This document shows, in pieces, positions 1 to 13,100 of a stretch of DNA of 64,000 nucleotides (the stretch's first letter is position 1; the number at the start of each line of letters is the position of its first letter). The notes beneath the pieces are model-generated. The model ran no database searches. It saw nothing but the letters and a program-made list of their open reading frames with translations, and was not told the origin of the DNA. Location: NCBI GenBank assembly GCA_963514005.1, contig OY740797.1:24862001-24926000 (forward strand), written 5' to 3'. Source of the DNA: Raja brachyura (taxonomy: Eukaryota). The position numbers and the translations under genes are program-made.

Positions 1-850
1 CAATGAAAGTTTTTTCCTCTGGGGTGTGGTTAATGTTTTGCCTTTATTTGAGAAGGGCTGCAGAAAGAAAACTTGGGAACTATAGACCAGTAAGCTTGAC
101 GTTACGGGAGACATTATGGCAGAATACGATTTACAGCATTTGGAAAGGTAGGCATGCATTATGGATAGTTAGCATAACTTGTGTGTGGGAGTATGTGTCT
201 CACGAAACTGGTTGAGTTTGGTGATTATTTAACGAAGAAGCGAGACGAAAGAAGGTCTACATGGACTTCAGCAAGGCCGTTGACAAGGTTCTGCATGGTA
301 GGTCATTCTGCAAAGTTAGATCGCATGGGATTCAGGGAAACATAACTAATTAGATAGGCAAAACGCCCATGAGAAAATAGTAAGGGCTGATGGTGGAAGA
401 TTTTTTCTCGGACTAGAGGCCTATTGCAAGAGAGGTGTCTCAAGGGTCGGAGCAGGGCATATTTGTATTTGTTGTCCACATCATTCATTTGGATAAAAAT
501 GTGTATGGCTTTGTTAGTAAGTTTGTTAGTATGTTTGCTGATGTCACGAAATGAGGTGGCATCTTAGCTGTGGAGAAGGTTATCAGGACGAGAGCAGGAT
601 TTTGGTCAACTGGGCATGTGGGCCAAGGAATATGTAACATTTTCGAGACTTTTCCTATGTATATGAGTGTGCAGGGAAATTAATTATATGGGTTACAGTA
701 TGTGTAGGTAGATAGCAATTGTACTGCTCATCATGTTCTGTGCAGACATCATGGGCAGCAGGATCTGACCTTGTGCTGTACACAGTGTTCAAATGTTCTT
801 GTTGAGCCGATGGGACTGCCTCGGTGCTGTATGACTCTGTGACTATATGT
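1..850 (+). mobile_element. Degraded CR1 LINE, RT and 3' fragment
   Basis: Remnants of NYRPVSLT, YMDFSKA.DKV.H and KFADxTK; 3' tail tgactctgtgactatatg. Confidence 0.8.
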
Positions 851-1531
851 TAATGTATAAAGCAAGGTCACCATTGAGGTTTATTCGCATTTTTAGAGGT
901 GCAACAGATAAAAGCAAAACTGTTGATGTGGTGGACTTTTAGAACGATTTCAATGACAAAATACAGAATGGAAACGGGCCCTTCATTCCACCGAGGCCAT
1001 GCCGTGTATTGATGTCGATCAGAAAGTGTGGGATAAGTAGGGGGAATTGTCGGTTTGTTATCTCCCAAATAAAGAGTGAGAATACGACCGAACATATAAT
1101 TTCAGGTTTGAGATTTAAGATGACAGCAGCAACGTAAATCGGTAAATACAGTGAGGATAAATATTCGTCTCGGCTTTGCAGGAAACCGTGCTCTTAACTG
1201 CCGCTCTGAAATGCGATTCCATCCCATCGTACAATGGATCCCACCTCCAAAGATCGCATTTTCTCCCACGATGAACCACAGGGGCGGAAATCGCTGTCGA
1301 AACATGGGAGGGACACAATTTCTTGGTGCCCGCACTCGCACGCGCCTGAATTCGGAATCTTCGGCCGTGGGACTTGTGGACGGTAAAATCGGGAGCTGAC
1401 CGACTCCGAACTCCAACAACAGCACCTTAGTCCGGGAACCTCACGGGAACCTCTGGGCACCTCACGGAAACCTTGGGTGGGGCACACGGTCCCCAGAGGT
1501 TTCCGTTCATGTTTCCTAAGTGGGACAGGGG

Positions 1532-2485
1532 CTTTCCACGCCACTTCGCTGTCCACGGGGCACCAGTCCTGCTGCTCTCTGACAATGTCAGTCAATTCTC
1601 CAGTCAACTCTTCAGGGGTTTCGCTCAACGCTGGATTTTTCGCCACATTACCAGCAGCCCCGAATACCCGCAGTCCAACGGCCTACAAAACGTGCGGTCA
1701 GAAACGCCAAACAGTTAATGGAACAGTCACACAGGGCCGGCTCCGATGTTATCTCGACTTGCTTAACCTGTGAAACATCTCCCGCGAACCGATTCTGGGA
1801 CCCCCTGCCCAGCACCTCATGTCAAGACAGACTCGCACTACTCTATCTATAGCCAAGCAGATGCTGTAGAAGTTCATGCACTGGCAGCAGTTCAATCCCA
1901 GCTCCAGCAGTGCCGAGATGCTCAGAAGAAACATTCCGACAAGACCAGACCACCACTCAGGCCACTGCCGCTACAGTCCCCGCTTTCGCCCGCGGTGCCG
2001 GGAAGACCGGTACCTTCTCCTGTTCAATCTCCAGTGAAGGAAAAAATACGGATACTACGGAAATTAATCTGAAAATTAAAAAAAATCACCGGCTCTGTCT
2101 GAACTGGGTACGACTTGTTTTATTTTATGCGCTAGCACGATGTATAAGTAAAGTGCAATCGCCCTACATTGGTGTTTTACAATATATTCCGCCAAGTGTT
2201 TTTTTAAATTGTGCATTGCTTCTTTAAGAGGAAGGATGTAGACTAATCATATTAATCCATGCCTATATAATCTCCATTGCACATATTATGCATGTCACAC
2301 ATTCCACCATTTAATCCAGTACGGGTTTTGGGCATCATGAGTACTGTACGTTTGACAGCCTGTCGTTATGCTACTGCAGTTAGTACGTAAGCTGATGTGA
2401 TGAGCACAGCTGTGTGTAACGTTGTCTGTATGATCTTAATAAAAGACTAATGGTTCACACCAGACTTTATAATGGATCACTTACA
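1532..2485 (+). mobile_element. Gypsy LTR retrotransposon relic: integrase fragment, PPT and 3' LTR (2237-2485)
   Basis: SDNVSQFSSQLFRGFAQRWIFRHITSSPEYPQSNGL is an integrase core. PPT aagaggaagga precedes a TGTA...TACA segment containing AATAAA. Confidence 0.8.
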
Positions 2486-2489
2486 AACA

Positions 2490-2700
2490 CCCACTAGGGG
2501 AACTTTACAAATATCCATTTACCAACAAGCACAAGCGTCTTGTAGATGTTGGGAGAAACCGGAGCACTCGGTAGGAACCTGCGTTGTCACATGGAGAATG
2601 TGCAAACCCCACCTAGACACTAAATGAGGGCAGAATCAATCCCAGGTCCCCGGCCCTGTGTGATAGCAGTTCTACGAGCTAAGCGAATGGGCTGCCCTGT
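2490..2700 (-). mobile_element. HE1/V-SINE, degraded
   Basis: Conserved V-SINE core gggagaaaccggagcactcgg..gtcacatggagaatgtgcaaac. Confidence 0.7.
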
Positions 2701-2984
2701 AATTATCTTCCTTGCAATTATCTACCTTCTTCAGAGAAACAATGACTTGGGCCAAATGACATGGTCCAAATATATGCTTGCCTTCTAGAGGACACATGAG
2801 CAAGTCTTTGTTGCATTCCTACTGACATCCTCTGTGCTTGCATGCCGTTACATCAGCAGCTGCATGGGTGCGTATAGCTGCATCCGTAGAGAAGTGCTCA
2901 GTTTCGTCAGTTTTTGGCTTCGTTCCATCGTGCTCTCATCCCCACGTGAAATATCTATGATTCTTCATTATGCTTTTAATTTGC

Positions 2985-3606
2985 TCTGTGTCTATCTCAG
3001 AGGATAAGGCAGGGAGCAAAATGGAACCCACAAAGCTATGTAATCATGGAGATATAGAGTCACACAGTATGGGAAAGAGGCCTTTAGGCCCAATCCGTCC
3101 TTGCTACCGATATGCCCTGTATAAACTGGCCCCATTTCCCCGCAGTTGGGCAATATACCACAAAACCATTTGATCCATGTGACTGGCTAAGTGACTGTAG
3201 GAAACTGCTTTTGAATTTGGTGGCCTTGCACCCTCCTTGAAATGGTAGGAAACTGCTTTTGAATTTGGTGGCCTTGCACCCTGCTTGAAACAGTATGAAG
3301 CTGCTTTTGAACTTGGTGGCCTTGCTCCCTGCTTGAAATGGTAGGAAACTGCATTTGAATTTGGTGGCCTGCACTCCACTTGAAATGGAATTTCAAGGAA
3401 TAGCCGCACCAGCCATGGGTGAGTGAGTCCCTTCAGCCACAACACCCATTCTAGCGCTCCAGAAAGCCCCCCCTCCCCCCCCCCCCCCCCCCCCCCCCCC
3501 ACCCCACTGGCCACCAATATTGGAAATGGTGGAGAGGTGGAATATTGCATTGGGGGACCAGCCCTCCCGTGTGAACATGGGACCCAACCGGTCCCACTTT
3601 TTCTAG
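2985..3606 (+). mobile_element. Non-autonomous Helitron (5' end uncertain)
   Basis: 3' hairpin gggac-ccaaccg-gtccc followed by CTAG|T at 3603-3607. Subterminal sequence is shared with 36810-37281. Confidence 0.7.
3197..3388. repeat. Minisatellite of 4 x 48 bp
   Basis: Units start at 3197, 3245, 3293 and 3341 (gtaggaaactgcttttgaatttggtggccttgcacc...). Confidence 0.9.
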
Positions 3607-3764
3607 TATATTTTTATATTTGACATTATGTTCTCCAGTGCTTAGCACCCTTAAGCCGATTCAAAAATAAAAAACACTGAACAGCATTACAGATTAGATG
3701 AATTTAATTGATTTGAGGAAACTGATGAATATGATTTTTTTGTTGGGTATTTACTATTTGTTTT

Positions 3765-5131
3765 AGTGTTAGTGTTTAGACAGCATTCGCACAGATTATC
3801 CCAATTTGGACTACTCCAAATGTGATGATCTTCAGGAAATTCTTAATTTGAAAGTAGTGGGCAGAAACGCATGACATGCGTGGTTTGAAGAGCAAAATCC
3901 TGTAGTTTACAATGCCAAAATTGAAAAGGTGAGGAAAAACAAGGTGTACAGAGTTGTTTATTGGTTAGAATCTGAGGAGTATGATGATGCTACTGATTAT
4001 GATATGCCAATGCACCAGCTGGCAACTGATCTTCTCCATAAAAACTTGGTCTTTTGCTAGAAATTGTAATTTATTTACCTGTCTGTTACGGACTTACAGC
4101 ATATAATACAATAATATTAAAGTTCTGATCTTGAGAATATCACATTTTTGAATTTTCAAGGCAGTCTGGGTGTTTATTATTATTTCCATCACAATGGTCA
4201 ATTTTGTAAATAGCTACAATTAGGTAACTAACTAATGATATGCTTTAATTTCAGGTCATCCAAGTAAGATGTTTCATATTTGTTTCAGAATGCTTCAATC
4301 TATAATAACTGAAATGTTCATTCAGTTCTCTTAATCTCTCTCTAATTTCTACAGGTGCACAGTAGAGAGCATGCTGAGTGGTTGCATCGTGGCTTGGTTC
4401 GGCAACTTACGCGCCCAGGAGTGGAAAAGACTACAAAAAGTAGTAAACAGCCTCAGTCCATTATTGGCTCTGACCTCCCTGCCATCGAGGGGATCTATCA
4501 CAGTCGCTGCCTCAAAAAAGGCTGGCAGCATCATCAAGGACCCACACCATCCTGGCCACACACTCATCTCCCCGCCATATTCAGGGAGAAGGTACATGAG
4601 CCTGAAGACTGCAACGTCCAGGGTCAGGCATTGCGCCTTCCCCATGTCATCAGGCTAATAAACTCAACTCAAACAAAACTCTGAACATTAATAGACCATT
4701 ATCTGTTTATTTGCACTTTATCTGTTTATTTATTCATGTGTGTATATATTTATATAATGGTATATGGACACACTGATATGTTCTGTATTCATGCCTACTA
4801 TATTCTGTTGTGCTGAAGCAAAGAAAGAATTTCATTGCCCTATCTGGGACACATCACAATAAATTCTCTTGAATCTTGAATCTTGAATTTTTGCACCTTA
4901 TTTTTTTAAGAAAGTTAAGGGCTCTTGACTGTCCTCGATCACAGCTTTTGTGTTAAGTCAATGGAAAAGCAATAGGGGACGAGATGCTAATTTCCGAGTA
5001 TGAAAATGGCTATAACTTTTTTAATACTGAAGATATGAAAGTGAATTAGGGGTCAAATTAAAGTTCTTTTATGCTTTATCTGATGGGATAAATTACAGGC
5101 TTGAGTTCTAAAATCTCAAATGTTTGTAACA
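3765..5131 (+). mobile_element. Decayed DNA-transposon-like 3' portion with a coding relic at 3776-4060
   Basis: 95-codon frame with one internal stop, then AT-rich terminal sequence. Interrupted by a Rex1/Babar 3' fragment. Confidence 0.45.
4345..4887 (+). mobile_element. Rex1/Babar-type LINE, 3' end
   Basis: ESMLSGCIVAWFGN..RLQKVVN..IIKDPHHPGH, then a (cttgaat)n tail. Confidence 0.85.
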
Positions 5132-5137
5132 TTCATA

Positions 5138-5764
5138 CATTAGGGCCGATGGTTTACGGTCGCCGAGCCAGCCCATGTTGGAAATGCTTGCCGCTGGCTC
5201 CATCCGACTGAGGCCGAAGGTATGGAGCAGGAGCGTCTTCAGGTCGTCATATTTATCGGCCGCTGGTGGATCCTGCAGGAAGGGGATGATTCACCTGGCT
5301 GTTTCTTGGTCGAGTGCGCCGACCACATAATGGTAGCGGGTCTCATCGTTTGTCATCCCGTGGACGAAGAATTGGGGTTCGGCCTGCTGGAACCATACCT
5401 GTGGCTGGATCGTCCAGAAGGTTGGCAGCTTCAGGGCGACGGCGCTGAGTTGAGCCTGGTCGTCGTCGGCGGCGGCGAAGGGTTAGGTTTTGGCGGGGCG
5501 CATTTTTCTTCCAGAATATCTATTCTGGACGTCGAGGGCACCAAATGTAGCGGACGTGGACTTGTCCGTTAAAGAATGAGGCAAACACGACGTTTATCCG
5601 AAATAATGGTTCTTTATTACTACACTAATTCTCCTCAGTCACCAACCCTGTGCGGGTGCGATTAACCCTTAAATAACCTCACAGGGGCACCCGTGACCCA
5701 ACCGTGACCCCTATTTCTCGTCACCGGGACACGTGACCCCCTAAAGAGGCGAAGGTTATGTACA
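5138..5764 (-). mobile_element. Gypsy (CsRn1-like) 5' LTR (about 5546-5764), PBS and gag relic
   Basis: On the minus strand: ...CTACA TT TGGTGCCCTCGACGTCC (PBS), then gag AVALKLPTFWTIQPQVWFQQAE..DETRYHYVVGALD..YDDLK..LGDRKPSALM with one stop. Confidence 0.85.
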
Positions 5765-6258
5765 GTGCGTGGCCCATCACACAGTGCAGTCACACTATGC
5801 CTTTATTCATACCAAAATACATGTCTCTGCACTTTGCTACGGTATTCCATCTGCCACTTCTCAGCCCACTCTCTCAACCTACCCAAGTCTTTCTGCAGAT
5901 TCCCTGCTTTCTCTACACTACCTACCCCTCCACCTATCTTCATAAGTTCCTATGTATGAACTGTGGTGATGTGGGTCAGAATTACTGCATAATATCTAAC
6001 TTCCATCTTATGACTTTAACATTATTGGAGATTTGGTTGACGTGGGGAATGTTTCCCATCTTGTGAGGAATGTGTCCTTATTTTTTTCTTTTATGTTAAC
6101 TGCTTAACCCTTTCACTGTATGTCCTTACTGAATTAAGGGTGAACCTGGCCAATTCATTCATATGGGTAATATGTCCAAGTCATTGGACTTATGACATCC
6201 ATAGTACACGAGTTAAATATTGTAGTACTAATACTTGTAGTGTTGTATGCCTTGTTTA

Positions 6259-7315
6259 TCTATATATGTTACTAAAATTCATCTGCAGGTTTGCATTGCT
6301 GTTCTATTCGCGCAAAAACGGATTTCCCCACCTTGCCCACCATTGTCCTGTGCTGTAAATGCAATAAGTTTTGTTCAGGTCGATGGCATATTTAAAAACA
6401 CATTGTTTAAAAACCGTAAAAAAACGCGAATACGCATTTTGGGAACAGTTCCCGTTTGCATCTTTACTGGCGTCGCAAATGGCACCCAACGGATCCTCAG
6501 TCGTGCCTTTACAGAATTGAGATGGCGGCGCCGGCGGCGACGACGACGACGAGTCACGCCGACGTTCTGGGGCATGGACGCTGAGGCTGGCGGCGGCGGC
6601 GGCGGTAGCGGCCGGCTCCGGGGACGGGGAGAAGCCGCGCCACGATCCGCGGCCTGAATGCTGAGGCTGGTCGTGGCGGCCGGCTCTGGGTGCGGGCTGA
6701 GGCTGCGCCGAGGACCCGAAGCCTGGGCGCTGAGCCTTGCGGCAGCGGCGCTGCTGCCTCCGGGCACACAAGGAGAGAAAGGAGCGGCAGTTGATTATCG
6801 GGAGTTGAGGAGGCAGGGTGGGGGGATTGAGGGAGAGGAGGGGTAGGGAGGGGGGGGTGCGGGAGATGAGGATGGAAAGTGGGGGAGGACGGGGAATAGA
6901 GGAAGAGGAGGGGGAGTGGGGGATGTAGGGAGTGGGGAATAGAGGGAGGGGAGTGAGGGGAGGGGCGGGGAGGGAGGGAGGGAGGGGAGGGCAGCGGGGG
7001 GCGGGTAGGGGAGGAGAGGTGGGGGATAGTGGGATATGATAGGGTAGGGATGGGAGAGGAGTTATGGAGGGAGGGAGGGAGGAAGGGAGGGAGTGACTGA
7101 GGGTAGGGGAAAGGAGAGGGAGGGAGAAGTGAGGGGGGATTGGGGAGGGGAGAAGGAGAGGGGAAATGAGAGAGAGGGTGAAGAGAAGGGGGGGAGTGCT
7201 GGGCGACGAGGGGAAATGAGCCACGCCTGCGCAGTTGGCTGCTATGGGTAAGTGGTGGAATATTGCGTTGGGGAACGGGTTGCATTGGGGGAACGGGTGA
7301 GTGGTAGAATATTGT
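6259..7315 (+). mobile_element. Helitron-related non-autonomous element, 3' truncated, with GC-rich and purine-rich interior
   Basis: Starts A|TCTATATATGTTACTAAAA. Shares ttgcgcaaaaacg and gtggtggaatattgcgttggg blocks with 36810-37281. Confidence 0.6.
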
Positions 7316-8572
7316 ACTTAGTATTTTACTAATTAACTGTGGTTGTGAAGAACAATGGGGACCCGGCGTAGGCGGCCGCCGTGAAGAACAATGGGGGCCC
7401 GGCGTGGGGGGACAGCTGTGAGGGACGGCAGGAGGACAAATGGGGACCCGGTGTGGGGATGGGGGCACTCTGGCCAGGGGATGAGTCTGTGTTTGTTTGC
7501 TTGTTTGTTTGTTTGTTCATTTGATCCAGTGAAGGCGCTGTGCACACGGCAGCCAGCGAACAGTCGCTTATCTTTTTCTTTTTCTTTTCACTTTTAATTT
7601 CAAATTTTGGTGTACCTTGTGTGTTGTGACCGGCGGCAGACCAATATCCCTCCGAAGATGAATGAAGTTTTATCGTTTCGTATTGTATGGAATCGAATCT
7701 AACCTGTGAGCCCTGGAATTACGTTATCGTACATACTGAGAGATCGTGGCTAAACTGTCACTGTGTCCCAGCGGTCAAATACTGACCCTGTAATAGTGGG
7801 ATCATTAAAGTTTCCAGTGGACGCGATATTTACTTCACTAGTGATCCAATGCCTCAAACGATGGGATGTAAGGAACGTGTCATGATATGACACATTGGGT
7901 GGAAAGGGATAAAGGGATAGCGTTCAAAATAAAGAGCAGCTAAAGAACGGCTATGGACCTACTGCGGATTTCAGATAAAAGATTCAGTAGTAGCTTTGAT
8001 TGAACATTCTGTAGCAAACTTATATAAGTATCACAGTTAGCAGACAAGTGTCTGTTGATGTATTTTACTGTCAATTGTTAACCGTGAAATGTTGCTCATA
8101 AAGAAAAAGTATAACACAACCTTGGGGGGCGCACATTAGTTGGGACTTCGCCCAGGGACTGTGTCGCTACCAGTGCCAAGGGGAAACTGCCAGCCTTGCT
8201 TGCGGGGGTATCCGCCTGCCACTGACTGGGTGTCCACTAGGCTTTGTTGGAGAACCAGGATGATGAAAATGAAGTACCACCAGCATTAAGCTATCCTGAA
8301 AACATGTGAAGAATCAGTGAACCAAACTGCGTGTTTATGTTTTGGCGAAACGATTACATGTAACAATAATTTAGTAAGACCCGGTGTAAGGAATTGGACG
8401 CAGACACGATTAGAAGGACACACTGGTGATTTCTATAGAACTGCAATAATTGCTGATATGCCCATTGCATATTCTGTGGTGACAAAGCATCCAGACCAGT
8501 TTACAATGTAGGAGGCAGGAGAAGAGAGGATTCAACGATACAACACGTAAAAGGTAGCTACATTCATACATT

Positions 8573-8574
<2 letters not shown>

Positions 8575-8614
<40 letters not shown>
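8575..8614. repeat. (TA)n microsatellite
   Basis: Perfect TA run. Confidence 0.95.
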
Positions 8615-8617
<3 letters not shown>

Positions 8618-10105
8618 AATTATTATGTGGGAAGGAATAATCTTTCCATTTGTTGGGTGCGTGCACATGTGGCCATCCACTCTAAAGGAGTCTATCGCTG
8701 TCAAGGTGTGTGAAATGACTGGTACACTTCCCGGAATTATACTGGCCGACTGGTACACTTCCCAGAATTATACCACCATCTGGTCTGCTTGTATGAATCT
8801 CAAAGGAACATTGGTCCTAATTGGAGATGATGATATAACCACGCTACCAAGCCGGACTTCCAGAAAAGGAAATCAGCAGCTTACGCCCCAAATCGATTCT
8901 CGTGGGGGTACCAACCCAAATACTATCGTACCCGACATTCCCCTTTCTGAAGAAGGGTCTCGACCGAAACGCCACCTATTACGTTTCACCAGAGATGCTG
9001 GCTGATCCTCTGTATACATGAATTCCAGCGACCAATTTCATCGGTATATGTTTTACGGCGGCGAAGGCTATTTCTGCTTGGAAAACCTGCAACAGTCGGT
9101 CCAAAGCCCACCATCTGGGCAACAAATCCCATGCTATCTGTTCCACCGTGCCCACCCACCGCCATTCTCGTCGGTTATGGGTTTATACAAAACCGTTTGA
9201 CCAAATCGATGTTACACTGAGAGCTTTCCAGTGATGGCGAAAGTAGAAACGCCGACAACAGAAGAACAAATGCCTCAGGAGCAGCGGTGAAGCAATTTAT
9301 GGTTGTTTCCAGTTCAACTCGAAGCAGTTACCCCAGCAATCTCTGTTGAATAGCGAATATCTCCCTCTGTTAAGAACTTTAACAATGAATTATCTATTTG
9401 TTTCCTAAACTATAGACCAATGGATCTCCCCCTTCTCATCTGAAATGATTTCGCAGATATTTCTGCTGAAATGACGCAACTTCCACTATCATTGCACAAC
9501 AGAGTACTGATGTTTTTGCAGAGACTATCTGAGCAAAATGAGGAATTTTCTCTTCATCCTGTGCGAAAAATCAAACTGAATTCAGTATGGAGAACAGGGG
9601 AATTTCGAAAATCTGGATTAGTGCTTAAATGTCCTCATCATAGCTTGTGTTAGCATAAGGACTCGCCGATTACTGGGGTGGAAGCGATAAGATATGCAAT
9701 GGGCGGTGCAGTAAGGGGAGGGGAGCGGTGGTTCGTGGTCAGGGATGGTAGGGATCCGGAATTATGACGTTGATATGGCGGTATGGGACTGCGAGGGTTG
9801 GGGTTTGTAAAATGAGTGGTTTGATTGTGGAGGCGGGGAGTCAATTTAGCCCAACTAGAAGCAAAACGCAGGTTTTTAGAGCTCATCTACGTTATATTTG
9901 TTTGGTGGATTGCTTTCTCTTCATTCAGTGAAATAATCCACAACCGATTATGCCGCTGTTGACAGCAATGCAAGTAAAAGTAAATCTCGCCACATCGACA
10001 GGAGCCGCACTGCAGTCAAAGAAGAAGTGACGTGCTTCATCATCTGACAATTCAACCTTCAGACACGTTTACTGCTCCACACGCCCTGTGATCACTTGCT
10101 GCAGA

Positions 10106-10160
10106 ATGTTGGCCAGCATTGTACTTCGCTGTTTCTCTTTTTGGGGGATAATTTTCACAG
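10106..10160 (+). CDS. Gene A exon 1, signal peptide [19 protein letters not shown]
   Basis: ATG at 10106, 55 nt, hydrophobic, phase-1 donor CAG|gtacat. Same length and similar gaATGTT context as the gene B leader. Confidence 0.85.
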
Positions 10161-13100
10161 GTACATGGCATCCCCATCAACCTTTTATACAGACTAAAAC
10201 CTACATCTATTCAAGGGTTCTTTAATGCGTGTCTTTATTTCCATTTGCAATTAGCCCTACTCCTGCGTTTAACCTTCTGGGGTGAAATAATCCTAATCGG
10301 GCCTGTTTTTCTTTCCTTTAGGGTATGGGAAAACTGCAGACAAAATAGCTCAATTTCCTAAAGCAGTGAATGTCTCGACGGGCCAAAATGTTTCGTTTCA
10401 CTGCTCTCTTCCCTTCTCTCGTGACGGGCCCAGCGTAAGCGTACATTGGTGGAAACAGGGTGAAAAAGTTTTTTTCATCCAAGACCCTGACGGGAGAACG
10501 GTTTCCGGCGTCGCTACTAAATTCAGTGGATCCCTGAAAATAGTCAATGTGAGCCGACAGGATGCCGGAGTGTATTATTGTACCATCACCCGCCGAGGCA
10601 CTTTAGTTGGCAACGGAACCGGGTCGTCTTTAGTTGTGTTGGGTAAGTATGTTTAAACGTGTAACGAATGCGATTTCGCGACTGTGATATTGCCCATGCA
10701 AGTAACGTGTTTTTTTCAGATTTCAATCATTCATACAGCCAGATGAATATTATAAATATTGCGATTGGTAAGTCATACCATAGACGGTCTGCATGCTGAT
10801 ATGTATAAACAATACGTTTTAGCGATATTAATCAAAACGTATCTTAAGTATTGGACGTTTTTTTCCAAAGCACAGCATAACATTAGTACAATACAGACAG
10901 CATTGTAGTGCCCGTTGTGAATACGGAAAAGACATGTGCAACTGTCGTAGTGCGTTAGATCAAGAGGACTGTTTGTTTTTATATTGGACGTTAGAGTCAT
11001 TCAATTGTGACCATGGCCTCCACATGAATAAGTTTGGACGCTAATGTTGCACAGGTGGGAGAAGAGGTTCTGCAGGACGCAGGGTGGGATGTACATTTAC
11101 CATCATGTTTTTCTTCTCTAGACAGCACGAGTAAACGTTATTTCTGATTTAAATTCGGGTATAAAGGTTCCGCTTACATTATTATAAAAGCACAATGAAC
11201 GCGCGAATCCGCCTCACATTAACCATTCACACTCCGCACACTCATTTTCTACTAATATAAACGTATCACTAACCTTTAATCCCTAGTTCCGCCAACTCCA
11301 CTGAACATTTTCTCTGGAATTCACGAGAAGACGGAATCCTTCTTTATTCTCTGCGCGACATCTCCCTTTTACCCAAATAATATCAGCTTCATCTGGTATA
11401 AAGATGGTATAAAAACTACAATGGATTTGGTTAATAGCAACAAGCCCACCGCAGATGGATTGTATGAAGCTTCCAGCCGATTACAAGTGACACATTCTGT
11501 CCCGAGCGGCACCGTTTACACCTGCCTTGTGAATCATGTAACCCACGTTGTTCCTGCAGCAGCCACTTACGTTGTTATTAACTCCGACACGGGTAACACA
11601 GGTAAGACTGCGTATCACTATTACCATAGAAAGTTACGTAAAGTTGGAAATTTCACAAAATGTCGCATGATAGGAATTACCGTTAGTCCTGGCCTGGAAC
11701 TATAAACCTTGAAGATCCGTATATTATAATCACATCCGCTCGATTTCCATGTGGCTGCAAATGTTCTCATCAAGTACACGCAACATTGTCTTTTGACAAA
11801 TTCATTGTGAGCTGCTACCTCCAGCATGTCAGGTGCTGCACTCCGAATCTCAAGAAAGCTATTCCCACAAATCTCCTCGATCCGGTGTAACCGCTGGCTT
11901 TCCCTTTTCTTCAGCCGAAATAAATTGCCCCGGTAAAGCGTCTCCCGTGACCAATTGCCTTCATTTCTGCCGAAACGAGAAGACCCCAAACTTCTCCCAA
12001 CTCTTCACTGAACCGGCCACAGTTATCTCATCTATCATTCTCGCAAAAAACATGTGCATAGACCTAAATTAAAAATTACTGATTTTCAAGCATTTGCCAC
12101 GGCATCGTGTCCTTTGGATCCACTGCATCATCCATGAAGTCTAAAGTTCCACGATCTGCCTTAAATCTTTTATCAGCTTACCAGAATTGTGTAATATGTT
12201 TTCCCCTTTCCCGTATGCATCCAAATTCCTCAAAATAAAAGCATATTTTGGCTCATTTGTCCAGTCTATCAACGACCTCCTCGCGTATTCTATTTTTTTA
12301 TGTAGGATAACAGCATTCCCATTACAACACAGAAACAATTCCCCGTCACCGCGAGGGTCAATTGTTTGATTCTAAATCAGAGCATTGAATATAGGAGTAG
12401 GGAAGTAATGTTAAAATTGTACAAGGCATTGGTAAGACCAATTCTGGAGTATGATGTACAATTTTGGTCGCCAAAATAGGAAGGATGTCAACAAAATAGA
12501 GAGAGCACAGTGAAGATTTACTAGAATGTTGCCTGGGTTCCAGCAACTAAGTTACAGAGAAAGGTTGAACAAGTTAGGTCTTTATTCTTTGGAGCGCAGA
12601 AGGTTAAGGGGGGACTTGATTGAGCCACCACTCTCTGGGTAAAGAAGTTCCCCCTCATGTTACCCCTAAACTTCTGTCCCTTAATTTTCATGTCATGCCC
12701 TCTTGTTTGAATCTTCCCTACCCTCAATGGGAAAAGTTTATCCATGTCAACTCTGTCTATCCCTTTCATCATTTTAAAGACCTCAAGTCCCCCCCTTAAC
12801 CTTCTGCGCTCCAAAGAATAAAGACCTAACTTATTCAACTTTTCTCTGTAACTTAGTTGCTGGAACCCAGGCAACATTCTAGTAAATGTCCTCTGTACTC
12901 TCTCTATTTTGTTGACATCCTTCCTATAATTAGGCGACCAAAATTGTACACCATACTCCAGAATTGGTCTCACCAATGCCTTGTACAATTTTAACATTAC
13001 TTCCCTACTCCCATATTCAATGCTCTGACTTATAAAGGCCAGCACACCAAAAGCTTTATTTACCACCCTATCTACATGCGATTCCACCTTCAGGGAACTA

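Noticed and set aside
3197-3388. Regularly spaced repeats that might suggest a CRISPR array or a repeat protein
   Set aside because: The 48-bp units are contiguous with no unique spacers, in eukaryotic DNA, so this is a minisatellite.
6304-7468. Long Pro/Ser/Leu-rich ORFs (306 and 304 aa) on the minus strand
   Set aside because: They come from a low-complexity purine/G-run tract inside a repeat. There is no domain signal or splice context.
8625-9560. ORFs 8625-9005 and 9018-9200 and adjacent coding-looking sequence
   Set aside because: No recognisable motif, and the first ORF runs into a Penelope terminus. Probably old TE debris.
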